Positions 12,562-24,558 of a DNA stretch of 64,000 nucleotides are shown piece after piece. Within the stretch, counting starts at the first letter, position 1. Every line of letters starts with the position of its first letter. Under the pieces are notes generated by a model that ran no database searches, was not told where the DNA came from, and was given only the letters and a program-made list of their open reading frames with translations. Where the stretch lies: contig RDEW01000043.1 of assembly GCA_011109175.1 (NCBI GenBank), forward strand, positions 1 through 64,000. The letters are read 5' to 3'. The stretch comes from Dicyema japonicum (lineage: Eukaryota > Animalia > Dicyemida). The translations under genes and the position numbers were made by a program.

Positions 12562-14148
12562 TCAATTACACCCAAAAATATCATTTTTATCATCCACATT
12601 GTAATATTCCCCAGCCTTACTCAACGGACCATCATTATCGCTCTCATTGTAATCTCTGTTAGTCGTACCCAATCTAGTCTCTTTATCATCCACATTGTAA
12701 GGCCCATTAGTCGTATTTAGGATTTTCCTCTTATCATTCAAACAGTAATCTCCACTAGTAGAAGATGCTGCTCCTTCTTTAGCTTTCCCAAAATCTCCAC
12801 CAATCTTACTCATATGTGTCTCTTCATCATTCGCAATGGGATCCCCATCAGTCACACTCATATCCCCACTAATAGTAGTCACATGTGTGTCTTTATCACT
12901 CATCTTACAATCACCACCAAAATTATTCACAGCATAGTCATTAATCTTGCAATCTTCACTATTAACTGAAATGCTTTTGTGAATCATTTTATAATCCTCG
13001 CCAGTATTCCTAATCTTGAGGTCACTATCATTCACCATGTACTCCCCATCAGTATTACTCAACGCGGAATCCTTATCATTCATTTTACCTCCACCAGACT
13101 TACTCACAGAGATATCTTCAGTAATGTCAGAAATGACTAGCTCATCATCAGTCTCAACCTTCATATCTACATTTAAATGCGGATCCTCAATCTTGATATC
13201 TTCAAGAGGTTCATTTGATCCCTTTGAGCTCTCCACGCCAATTTCTTCCTGAAAAGCGGGAATATTTCCAGCAAAACTCAGGAAATTCATAGTCTTGCAG
13301 TAATAACAACGATAAACTAGGCAGATTATAACAGAAAGATAACCAAAAGTCCCTAAATCGTCAGAAAGAGCCATTCCGTTGTGAATATGACATTTATGGC
13401 ATATCAGGGCATATCTGTTCTGGGGACCATCTCCGAGAGCAAAGTCCAAGACACGTCCCAGGAAACCGCCATTTGCAGAAACAAACGGACGAGGAATACA
13501 CGCGTCCTCAACCTCCGTGACGGAAACCTGATTCAATGGTTGTTTAACCGTCACGGAGGGTTTTTTAATCGGAGATGGCATGGACTTGCTGTCATTTTCC
13601 TCAATTTCGGTCTTTATGTTCAAATTTAGCCTCTCTGGAGCGTATTTGGTTAGCAGATCATTCACGTTCTTATAGGTCTCGTTCTCCATGATATAAGTGA
13701 TCATTTGCTCCTTGAGGTTCTCCAATTCCTTGAGTTTTAAATCTGAATAAATAATAAATAAAACTGAGCTTGGAAATCTTCTTTCCGTAGTACCACCTGA
13801 AAAAATTCCGAAAAACGAAAAAACTAGATAATATCCAACGACAACCTTGTGGGAACTGAGGACCAGGACAAAACTGCACAAAAATTTGAAGTGATAATTA
13901 TCCATAAACAAATAAGACACGATGAAAACTGGTAGGTAAAAAGTTATCAAGCCAAATAAAATCCAATAATTTAGATTTTTTAATTTGTCACTAAACATGT
14001 TCAATGATTTCTCGTGTATTTCCATGTCCTAAAACATTTAAAGTCCACTAACCTTACAGACATTTTCAAATTTGGTTTTAAGCGACTTTTTCTAAAAATT
14101 ACTTAAATTCCTTACATTCCATAAAAATGAAAGAAAGCGTCTAAGCAT
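12562..14148 (-). CDS. LNPK: ER junction protein lunapark with repetitive C-terminal extension
   Basis: Two TM segments, IMENETYKNVNDLL.KY, RVLDFALGDGPQNRYALICHKCHIHNGMA...YRCYYCKTMN Cys4 finger. Two 24-nt 5' introns give MLRRFLSFLWNKKSLKTKFENVCKDMEI. Confidence 0.9.
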
Positions 14149-14339
14149 AAAGGAAAATTTCCAATAAAGTATCCTAACGTAATTATTCTAACGTAATAAA
14201 AACTCTATTCAAATATAAGTTTACTATTATTTAAATTATTTAATTATTAATTAAATAAAATCTTATTTTACAAGTTCAATGACTTAAACAAAAATTGAAT
14301 AAAGATTTGATTTGAAACTTATTGCCCTTCAAGTATGTT

Positions 14340-14819
14340 CTCGAGGTCCTCCTTGGATATGTGCCTATAGCCGTTTCAAAGAACTCTAAAATTTTAGGCG
14401 TGACCTATGACTCACTGATGACCTTCACATGTGATGACCTTAATTCGTTTCCGCTATAGAATATGCCTGGCTTTATGGAGTATGCACTCTCTGGGTTGTC
14501 TATGGACAAAATCAGTTCCTTACACGAGAAGAATCTACGCCCCTTTACGGAGTCGAACAGATCTACCTTCGTCACTCCACTATTGGAGTCGTCAATACGA
14601 AAGAATGCTCGCGGATTCCTCCAGTTCTGTCAAGAAAAGGATAATCCACTATGTTCATCTGTGGCACGATCTGAAAATAAACAATCTTTCATCAAACATC
14701 CGTCCCCCATCGACTTCCTGTGTGAGCACAAACGTCGATACTTCCAGGAAACGGTGGGGTCCCTCGATGAACACAGGATGAAAATGGCGAGGATGATTAA
14801 GGAAACTGGGATCACCTAA
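14340..14819 (+). mobile_element. Jockey/I-like LINE 3' fragment (family ending GIT-stop)
   Basis: KILGVTYD upstream; NARGFLQFCQE..IDFLC..GIT-stop; homologous to the 18.3 and 31.7 kb copies. Confidence 0.7.
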
Positions 14820-14907
14820 TATAATTCAGAATAGGGACACTCCTTCTCTTGCCCAGTCCGTCTCTGAGTTCAGAGAGCACCAAATATGCTTGGTGTATCT
14901 CTGGGAG

Positions 14908-15893
14908 CATTGACGTGCCTAGGGGGCCATAGGGGAGCCGCCCCGCGCAGCACGCTGTAGGGGGCAACATATCCAAGCCATAGAATTCATATTGTTACGC
15001 TATACTCACTTTTTTCTCGATTTTTTTTCATCATAAACAAGATTGACTGATAGTGATAGTTCTATTGACGGGGCTAAAAACTTTGGGTGAATTGGTTTTA
15101 ATCTAGGGCAGGAGCGTGTTCGCTGTGAATTCCCTTATTGCTCTATGTGATGAAGCGCAATCAGTGACCTTCTGCTAATTATGACGATATCACGCTTGCG
15201 CAGCATAACGTGCGAGGTCACGGTTGTTTTTCTTTGCTTGTTTTGATTTCTTGTGTGTATTGATTTCCTCCTTAAAATCGCCGCAAGAAAAGGCTCAGAA
15301 AAGTAGATGATGCCATGAGAGACTGTTTAGATGTGTGGGGTGGAGAAGCAACACGTGGCAAACGATCAATTCGATGCTGAAAATTTTGAACACGTGGCTG
15401 TCATCCAAAAGCATCAGAAATCCCAGTGAACAAAGAACTCTACACTGATGGTGATAACCAGGATGAAATTCGTTAAAAAATGGTCCAGTTACACTTATGA
15501 TTTTAATTTATTTTTGTTGGAAGGTCCTTTTGCTGAAAAAAAGGGAGATCACTTTTTAATCATTGGTTTGAAACATTGTCAAGCTATGGCAAGCGATAGC
15601 AGAGAAAATGGCTATTCACCTTGCAAACAAGCTTCCTTTTGCTTTGTTTGTTTTTTTATTTTCAAGATGCAAAAAAGTTTTTGTAACGTAGGTGGATTTA
15701 GCTGCTGGAGAAAGTTGAATCCTAGAATTTATGAACACGAAAGAAGTCCTGGTCACAGAAGTGCAATGCATGAATATTTGGATTTTGCAGCAAGACTTGA
15801 AACACCATGCACAATTGATTAAGACGCCAAGAGCATAGGGGCATCATTGTAATGCACTTGCCACGGGCAGCAGAAAAATTTTGGCACGCCCTG
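14908..15893 (+). mobile_element. Internally deleted hAT transposon with TTF-type zinc-finger remnant
   Basis: Imperfect TIRs CATTGACGTGCC and GGCACGCCCTG; 8-bp TSD TCTGGGAG / TCTTGGAG; ORF YSP..FCFVC..GFSCWRK..HERSPGH. Confidence 0.8.
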
Positions 15894-16869
15894 TCTTGGA
15901 GCGTCTGCTCTTGGCTGTGACTTTCTTGTTAGCCACCGGTTTTTTTTCAATCGAAGTGACCGGGAATAAATAAATTATATTTCATTCTATCTCCTTTAAT
16001 TCCTCACTCTCTGCGGTGGGAATCTGATTTTCCGGTCACCCGTGGAAGCCACTGAAACCCCCAAATACCAAAAGAAATCCAATCTCTTCAAATCCTGCTG
16101 GTGAGTACAGGAAAGCAGTGGAAACCGAGGAGGACATTGAACAAAACCTTCCACGCCTGTTGTAGAATATCAGAATCGCCTAATTATTTGGTTTAACTCC
16201 TTATTTCTTGGTTTTATCTTTTTCGGGGTCGTGACGTTAATAATCTCCTTAATACAACCACAAAAGAGTTGTGATTTATCATTAAATTGGCCAAAGCTAA
16301 TAACGAGTCGGAGTAGAACTGATATTCATGGATTGGATTTGAATATTTGGCTACGTGATGCCATGCTGCTACTTGATAAAGATTTCTGTTTGTTTCTTCT
16401 GTTTCTCTCTTCCCTTTTCTATAGATTGGCGTCATGGGATCTACCAGTCTAAGGTGGTGTCCAGTGGCAGGATGTCATGTAAAAGGATCATTTTCTCTCT
16501 TCCATTCCTCTAGATGGGTTTCTACAAGTGCAAGGAATGGACGTCTTCCACCTTTTATACTGGTTCTAGATTGACTTGTAGAGTTCAGAATACCTCAATT
16601 TTTTCAGTTTTTTGCACAATTCGAAAATTAAAGAACAGTTTCCAAAATAGGGTAATTCGATCTCTCAGATAATCTGGTACTTTCCAACTCAGAGAGTATA
16701 CACCTGACTTAATTATTTATGGAGAAGTGGGCGAAATAAAGTGAATTTCTGTGAGGTGATATTCGACTTTAGTTAATGATTATTGCATTTTTCAATAAAA
16801 CTATTCGTTAACGATTAAAATACATAAATGAGTTATTAAATTAATAAAATTCTAATAAAGTTAAATTTA

Positions 16870-16924
16870 CTCATGGGGGTGATATTTCAAAATAGGTTCC
16901 GAGAAAAAAGGCTGAGAACCACTG
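16870..16924. mobile_element. hAT/Charlie-like terminus
   Basis: GGCTGAGAACCACTG TIR variant. Confidence 0.55.
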
Positions 16925-16989
16925 ATTCGGATCACTCATATTAAAGAAGGAGAAATTAAATGTATGGATCTTTGATAAGGCGATAATTA

Positions 16990-17930
16990 AGATTTCTGAA
17001 AAACGTCGCATTTTGTGCTCAACCATGAAAAGCCTGATAACATGAAAATTAATGTTAGAAATTTTCGGGATAGACTCGTTTCATCGAAGGCAGCTAAGGA
17101 CATTGGGCGGACTGAATTTGCCCAAGACAGTAAACAGTGATTCTCTATATGATGTTTGCTCCACTGATCTTTTGAGACTCGAGATTACTTATTTGAAATG
17201 GAAGCTTTTCGAGCACATTCTGGAAGTTCTACAAAAGAATAACTGGCCAGAAAAGGAATGACATAAAAATCACCTTGACCAAGCCAGAAAGTGGACTGTG
17301 TTCTATGGAAGACACATTAGATATCTTTTACTAGCAACTAGACCGCATTCAGGGGGCCAACCCGATGGAGTTGATCCCGAAGGAGATGTTAGATTCTTCA
17401 CGTGATATTTTAACCTACTCTTTGGACGATCTCAAAGATACTGAAATGAAGATAACTACGGAAGACTGCCATCATGACAAGCAAGGCTAACGCTCCTGGA
17501 CATGATCATCTCAGCATGAGATTGTTCAAGGAAGGCCCAGAGGATCTATTTCTCATACTGAAGAATTCATTCAATGCAAGCATTCATTATGGCCATGTCC
17601 CCAAACGCTGGAAATCTTCTATAGTCAGAATGATTTTGAAACCGGGAAAATCGAGGAGGGACCCACTCAGCTATAGGCCGATAAGCCTCATCTGATTGAT
17701 CTCCAGATTTATCCAGCAAATTATCTTCAGAAGGCTTAACGACCACGTAGAAGAAAGTGGTTTCCTCCTCGCAGAACAATGTGGCTTCAGACCTGGAAAA
17801 TCATGCACGGATTGCATCTACGAGATGGTATTGAGAGGCCTGGAATTCAAAGACTAGTTAACATGGTATGTATGGATTTGTCTAAGGCTTTTGATAGCGT
17901 GTGGCACGTAGCCCTCCTATCAAGGCTAGC
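16990..17930 (+). mobile_element. Adjacent RTE-like 3' fragment and Jockey-like RT fragment
   Basis: DSFHRRQLR..WKLFEHIL, then APGHD, WKSSIVRMILKPGK..SYRPISL, EQCGFRPGKS, DLSKAFDSVWH. Confidence 0.75.
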
Positions 17931-18229
17931 AGCTGCGCAGCACCACATGGCGCCACGCGGAAGGTCTAACCATTTAATATTGATTACTACTTTGAACTTT
18001 TTTAAACAATTTCTTCATTAAAAACAATTTATTACGCAACAAAACAATCAAAGTAATCCAGCTTAAATAATTGAGTGGCTGTTTCCCCTGACAACTCAGA
18101 GAAATTTTTTGGAACAGAAATTTTTTCGGTTTCCTGACGATCTTTACTCATTTTGATATCATAGACCAAAGCTATCTTAGAAAGGAGACGACATCAACTG
18201 GCTGTACATATATTCTGGTGGATTTTTAT

Positions 18230-18680
18230 TTATTTAACCCCAAGACCACCAAGATAGATAGGTCAAAACTAACTAATTAGGTGATCCCAGCCTCCAATAA
18301 CATCCGAACTCTCTTCGTCTGGTCTTCTGATAACCCAACCGCATTCCGGAGCGCCTTCTCTTCCTTCTGCAGAAGAATTCAATCGGCATGCACTTTTTTA
18401 TAACCGACCGAAATTCCTCTGCATGGGCCACCTTTTCCTTGAGTGGGTTTCCCAGTTCCTTGCAGAAACGTAGGAAACCCTGGCCATTCTTCAACGTCGC
18501 CTCCTCTGAAAGCAGACTGGGGACGGATGTGGAGTCTGATTGTATGTGCCTCGTGATCTTCGAATTCACACGCTCCACCCTCGTAGAAGGAATAGCGAAT
18601 CTCCAGGCATTCTGGTGGATAGGCTGTCGTATTTTCTTATTTCCTGATACAGTCGACCCTCGCAAATTGGCCACATTTTG
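18230..18680 (-). mobile_element. Jockey/I-like LINE 3' end with 3' UTR
   Basis: NGQGFLRFCKELGNP; 3' end GGGATCACCTAATTAGTTAG...GGTGGTCTTGGGG plus an A-rich tail. Confidence 0.75.
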
Positions 18681-18789
18681 AAGAAAAAAATTTTCTAAGA
18701 ATTTTCCTTATAAATTGACCAATTTTTTAAAACACTTGCAGGAGTATCAATACAAAAACTCAAAAAGGGATGGCTGAAGGGATTTGATG

Positions 18790-19185
18790 TTAATTTAGGG
18801 ATGCGCATGTTTAGTGCATTTGTGAAACCAATACTCACATATAATGCTGGTACTTGAGCCTGTTCAATCGATGTCTTTCGATGGATTTCACAGAAGACAG
18901 CTTAGAGTGTTATTTGCCATGCAATGGCATTCCTCTCTGCACCAACGAATGTGGCGATGAAAGATCACTTCATGTTCGAGGGGAAATGCTTCCGTGGATT
19001 ACCAAAATAACACTTGCACAAAGACTTCCAAAGAGTGGGGAAATACCTAAAGACGGGAGATGATCTGGAAGAGCTGAGATCAATTGCGTGTAACCGTGGA
19101 GGATAGAAGAAGCTAACTAATAACATTGTTTCTTGTGTTCTTTGCTATAACCACTATGGAAAGGCGATAGATGCTTGTAATAACA
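18790..19185 (+). mobile_element. RTE-like LINE 3' fragment
   Basis: FSAFVKPILTYNAGT, DGFHRRQL, LKTGDDLEELRS; homologous to 6910-7307. Confidence 0.65.
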
Positions 19186-19614
19186 AATAGTCGTATCAAT
19201 GAAATTGTGTACTAAATTCCCCCTTAAGATTTGCAGGGAAATACGCTCAATAAGTCAGGTCTTCTTTTATCCCTTTTCGCAATAAGCGTGAAGATGGATT
19301 GCAAGAAAGTCAGGGAACATGATCCGATAATAACAAACTAAATGGAATATGGCATAATGTGGTTAGTCTACGCATAATATTGAGAATAATATTCTTCCGT
19401 TTACTTAACGGGGGATCACGTGATCCATCTATCTCAGATGGCATCTAGTGCCAGTACGACACTATAAAGGATCATTAGCTCTCCCCACTGATCATTCTTA
19501 AATTAGTCCCACAACTTTGGTTCTGAATTGTCTATCTGCGGCCATGGGACCACTATTAACATCTGGGATACGATAAAAAAGAAACAACTCTATAAAACAA
19601 AAATCAAGATTCAT

Positions 19615-20594
19615 CTAACTGGTCATAAAAGAGAGGATATTCAGTGCAACATCAAAAGTTTGGTCCGAGACAACAACAATGTCAAAAATAGACTTATAGT
19701 GGTTAATAATATCTTCATTTGGATTATTCACAAACCCAATCTTAATCACTTCTTCATATTGGAATCCATTGCACATATTTACATCTCCCAATGAGTCACC
19801 AATGAGTAATATAAACGGACGAGATGCATATTTATCCCACGTGGCCTCATCTACGCTCTTTATGAATTGAGTAGCATTCTTATTGAACGTGTTTATCATC
19901 GGCTCGTCAAATCCACTTACGATTCCCTAATATAATTAACCACGTGTCAATGCTTACATTTTCATCAAACAGCATTTGATTAGCTACGATTTTGATGTTA
20001 GAGGACATCAAATTAAAATGGGCCATAAAGGCTGAGACCACGTTGCCCACCAGCGGAGAAAACGAGAAACGGAATTTCAAAAAAATTCAAAATACCAGCA
20101 AATTTGTCGAAATTGTCCCTGAAATGAGCAAAAAGTAAACCTCATAACCAGCATGGCGGAATCCATCTGAGAGGTAATGTCACTATCTTTTAATTTAGAG
20201 ATTGATATAATGTCATGGACAGACCTCCACCACGTGACCATTTCGTTGCGCTTTTCATCCTCGGAAATATTCGGATCGAATTCGATTGGTAATATTGATT
20301 TGAAGATCAATGATTTCTTGCCTCAATTCTGCATTGCAAATCAGTTCCCGAATATAATCTGAATCAAAATAGACATTACTGTGAGTGGTGAGACACTCCC
20401 TGCCATTAACTTCAGTCCTCGTGATGGTACGGTCGAAATCGCTGATTACTAATACTTTTGAAGGAAAGCTTTTCTTATTGATGTCAGCTTCAAAGCCAAA
20501 CCGTTCAAATTGGAAATAAGAACTGAAGAGCTGCACACTTTCCAACTAAAGTGATTTAAGCATTATTTTATACGTAAGTGATAGTCTTGTTCAT
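19615..20594 (-). CDS. NT5C3: Cytosolic/pyrimidine 5'-nucleotidase III (HAD family), spliced
   Basis: VISDFDRTIT, PIEFDP..EK..MVTWW, LLIGDSLGDVNM, KIGFVN. Introns include 19927-19957. Confidence 0.9.
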
Positions 20595-21259
20595 CGATTA
20601 ATATCACGAAATTTTATGTAAAAATTCACTGCACAAGCGATAATTCAAGGTTCGCCAATAAAATATATTATAATTCTTACAATTTTTATTTTATATTTAT
20701 AATAATTAATTTATTAAGGATGTGTCCATGCGTCCTCGAAGTGAATATTTCGTTTTTATGTCAACCCGCGTGATGCCATGTGGTGCTATGTGAGTAATTG
20801 ATTAAAAATTTATCCCGGACAAGGTCTCTGAATCACTGTTATCGGGTGAAGGTTCATCTGGAACGCGTCAGGATTAAGGAATTAGTTAGTTTTGTTTACC
20901 CGTGGTCTTTGAACAATTTTATTTTTATAGATCACAGTGTTTCGTGGAATTTATTAATCTGTCGGAATTTCTTTAGGTCACTTAACCTCATCTCCCTTGT
21001 TTTTACTGCACTGATGGATTGCAATCTTGTGGAATAAGGTTAGTATTTTGTTCTTTAACAATTTTTTGAATGCGTTAGCATAAGATTTTATTGATTTTAT
21101 TTTGAGCGGTCGATTTGATGATGCTCGCTTCAAAGGACACAATTTGATGACGTCGGGAAACCGAATGGCTGTTCTAAATGATTTCTCTGTCAGAGGAAAC
21201 AGCCATTCCATCCTCTCAGCTGGATTATTTTGATTGTTTGTTAAGTAATAAATTTAAAA

Positions 21260-21435
21260 AAATTATATTATTAGCAATGTCCGCGGAACCAGAAAAATTA
21301 ACTAATTTGAGATTCCACTTTTGCCATCTTTTTGCCATCCATCTCTGGTATGTCGTTCCATCCTTCCCTGTTTCTCGTAACCGTCCTCAGATCATCCAGG
21401 TCCTCTCCTGTTTTCAGTTTTCTTCCTATGCAAGT
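21260..21435 (-). mobile_element. RTE-like LINE 3' fragment
   Basis: KELTCIGRKLKTGEDLDDLRTV..REGW followed by a TAA-rich tail. Confidence 0.6.
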
Positions 21436-21514
21436 GAGTTCTTTGTCGAACGTCAATTTTTTAAAAACAAATTGAAAACCATTAATATTCTTCATTTTTG
21501 TCTATGATCATAAT

Positions 21515-21618
21515 ATTCATCATCTCTATCCATGTTAATCGATTACTAAGGCTATCTATTCATCATCTCTATCCATGTTAATTGATTACTCATGCTATCC
21601 ATCATTTCTATCCATTAT
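21515..21618. repeat. Tandem repeat, about 42-bp unit, about 2.5 copies
   Basis: ATTCATCATCTCTATCCATGTTAAT(C/T)GATTACT is repeated. Confidence 0.85.
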
Positions 21619-21636
21619 TTCCTTCAGTCCTTAAAG

Positions 21637-21900
21637 CAAGGTTTCCCAAACATGTGAAATTTCGATATCGACTTCTAAACGCTGATCGTACCAAGATTTT
21701 GGTTACAAAAAGATATTCCTAAATATCCTAATTATTTTTCATCGCATTTCTCACATCTTAGTTAGAGGATTCAGTGTAGTATCGCAGTTAATTAAAAAAA
21801 GAAACCGTTTGGAGATTGTAGAAAGAGGAGCTTTGCGAATTCGACCTACAAGCATAAAGCCGAATATCAAAGACCCCACTAAATTGTTAGAGAGTCATTG
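21637..21900 (+). mobile_element. Deleted hAT/Charlie-like remnant
   Basis: CAAGGTTTCCCAAAC TIR-like start; remnant KKRNRLEIVERGALRIR.TSIKPNI of the hAT dimerisation domain. Confidence 0.55.
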
Positions 21901-22676
21901 GCGATTGACTGTCAATTGAATTCTCCCTCAATCGGTTGAATCAACTATCAGCTCGAGACATATTAAGTCAAACAATTAGAAAAAAATAGATTTTTATAGA
22001 AAATTGAAAAATCGATTATAATATCTAATCCACCACGTTTTGAAAGTCTCAAAAGTAACATATTCAAGTGATTTAACTATATTTCTGATCCAACTGTCAA
22101 GGTTATGCCACCATCAAAGTAAAACTGACAGACTGTTTTCGGGGTTTTAAATTACTGAAGACAAATAAAATTATAAAAATATTATTTTAGTGTTCCTTGA
22201 TTTAAATTACAGAAAACAACTTTGCATGACTGATATATGCAAACCACGTGATTTATAAGTTTTAGTGAAATTAATAGTAGAATATCTTGTAGAGATTGTC
22301 ATTTTTGACTGTATGATACTATCGTTTTCCGTGGTAATGCCAGGGTTTTATATTAACCCAGAAATTACATTGCACGTGTGGCCACTCATACTCTAATCTG
22401 TCCGAGACAAAGGAGACTGTCTCCCTGTCTAAGTCAATTGGCAGTATCGATCTCCTACACATTCTACAGCGATTTTAAGGTTTTTTCTGGATTTATCTTT
22501 AGTACTTTTCCTACACAGAAAAATAAGGTCACATAGAATCGATAATAACGTTCTCAAATGCAAATATTAGTTATTTTGGTGGCTTATTTGCAGATTATTT
22601 GAGACAGAATGTTACTTGCTACACCAGGTAACATAATTAATTCAAAAAATAAACAAAATAATAATAAAATTTTAAG

Positions 22677-23189
22677 TCAATAAATAATTGGATTTAAATA
22701 TTCAAAATTGATAGGATTTCTTAAATAAATGATAAAAAATACCTGAAGACTACTTTCCCGAGTACTAGACTTTTAGAGACAGGTCCAAATATACGAGAGT
22801 CAAAAGATGAGGCCGAGTTGTCGCCTTCCACCCAAATAAACCCACGTGGAATCTGATAGACTATCGAAAAAATACTTTAATTGGTTCATCGTCTTCAGAT
22901 ATAAAATCTCCCTCTATTGCTGTGATCCGCTTACACATGAGAGAATTACATTCAAAGGGGGAATATAAAAATGACCACATCACCACGTGTTGGGTAATCC
23001 ATAAACGGTCCCACAATTCTTATCCACAATATATCTCTGTTCTTAAATGTTGGCTCCATGGAAATCCCTTGGTTCTTTAAAAATAATAATAATGGTAACC
23101 ACAGCAATTGTTCCCACGTGGGTTAGAAATGTAGAAATCAAACACCCAAACCCTATCATATCGAATGATAATCGCAATATTTTGTTCAT
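22677..23189 (-). CDS. IMMP1L: Mitochondrial inner membrane peptidase (S26 family), IMP1-like
   Basis: GISMEPT (catalytic Ser), RGDVVIF.SP..CKRI.AIEGD (catalytic Lys), IPRGFIWVEGDN..SFDSR.FGPV; micro-introns. IMMP2L not fully excluded. Confidence 0.85.
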
Positions 23190-23329
23190 TAAATGGACAT
23201 AAAAATTTATTGCCAATCAAATGATAAATTTATGTTAATTTTTTTTATTAGAAAAATTTATTTTTATAAATAAAATAAATCGAAATAAAAATTTGATATG
23301 AATTGTTCTCGAAATTTAAATTATAGCCA

Positions 23330-23572
23330 CTATGATGCCTATTTGTGGATTTGGATTTCTCCGCGTATGCTAGGAAGATGGAGACCCCCTTGCCTGTCCT
23401 TTTCAAAGGCAAAAGAAAATCGATTGAAAGTTCCCATATTTAACCGGATTCCTCTGCAGGGATAAGAGAAACCAATTTCGTTCTATTGTGGGTACAATAG
23501 AAGGCCACAGACGTTGGATGACCCAGTCAATTGCGGGAAATTGGATCACCAGCTGTTTGACGTAATTTCCTA
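23330..23572 (+). mobile_element. LINE 3' fragment
   Basis: Homologous to 56400-56610 (CGGATTC..TGCAGGGAT, CCACAGACGTTGGATG). Confidence 0.55.
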
Positions 23573-23809
23573 GGTCCGGGCTACGGTTGTTTCACCAGCT
23601 CTAAGAACAACATCAACATTTTACAGTAATGAGCACCAGCTGTCTTTGAGTACATTGCTCGTAAAATCCTATCGATTTCGTCTTTCTAAATGTACAGGAA
23701 ATCAGGAACGAAAACGTGCTGGCTATGACAATTAATTATTATTTACATTGTTTCCACATTGACGTTAAACGTACGCCATAAGACAACTGCAGACAATGTA
23801 AATTGATTT

Positions 23810-24010
23810 TCTTGTAAAAGTGAAATAATCGGAATCCTTAGCCCACAAGCGGGCGATCTGGTCCTCAAGATCGGTTCAATGATCCAAAGGGCCACCAAGG
23901 ATCCACGTAAGACTAGATGGTTTCGAAAGCGTATCTCGATAGCCATTGTCAGAGGAAACAACATGGCCATTCAGGTTGCCTAAACTAAGTGCTGTTTTAA
24001 CTGTTTAATT
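23810..24010 (+). mobile_element. CRE-like LINE 3' fragment
   Basis: Very similar to 27330-27510 and 44985-45100. Confidence 0.7.
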
Positions 24011-24558
24011 TTTAAAAATTGGAAAACCACATTTTATTTAGATAAAAACTATTTTCATTGAGGTATCACATAAAGACAAGAACATTTAGTAAGTTCACTC
24101 TAATCCAGTGATTTTCATCATAAGATAGCAATCAAGGTGACTAGTATTTAAATCTCATTTAATAAAGTCTACACATTCACACATAAAATTAATTCCACAC
24201 TACACTTAATTGCCTAATCAGCCTTACATAACAGTACTATCTATCACTAAAGTCAAAATACTTATAGCTCCGCATGTGCAGAAGGACACTCTATTTTAGT
24301 GCTACGAACAGGTAGCTAGCTAATCGTTGAAATGAGATTCTTATTCCTTTGATACGTGAAAGCATCTTATACAAAACCTAAAAATTCATATTATACGCAC
24401 TAATCCCACATTCTAATCCGATTTTCATTAAAATAGCAATCTTAAGTGACTATATTTGAACCTCATTCAGCAAAGCCTACAAATCCACACTCAGTAATTC
24501 TACACAACACTTCATTGCCTACTCAAGAAGTATCAAAAAAATATCGACAGAGTACAAA

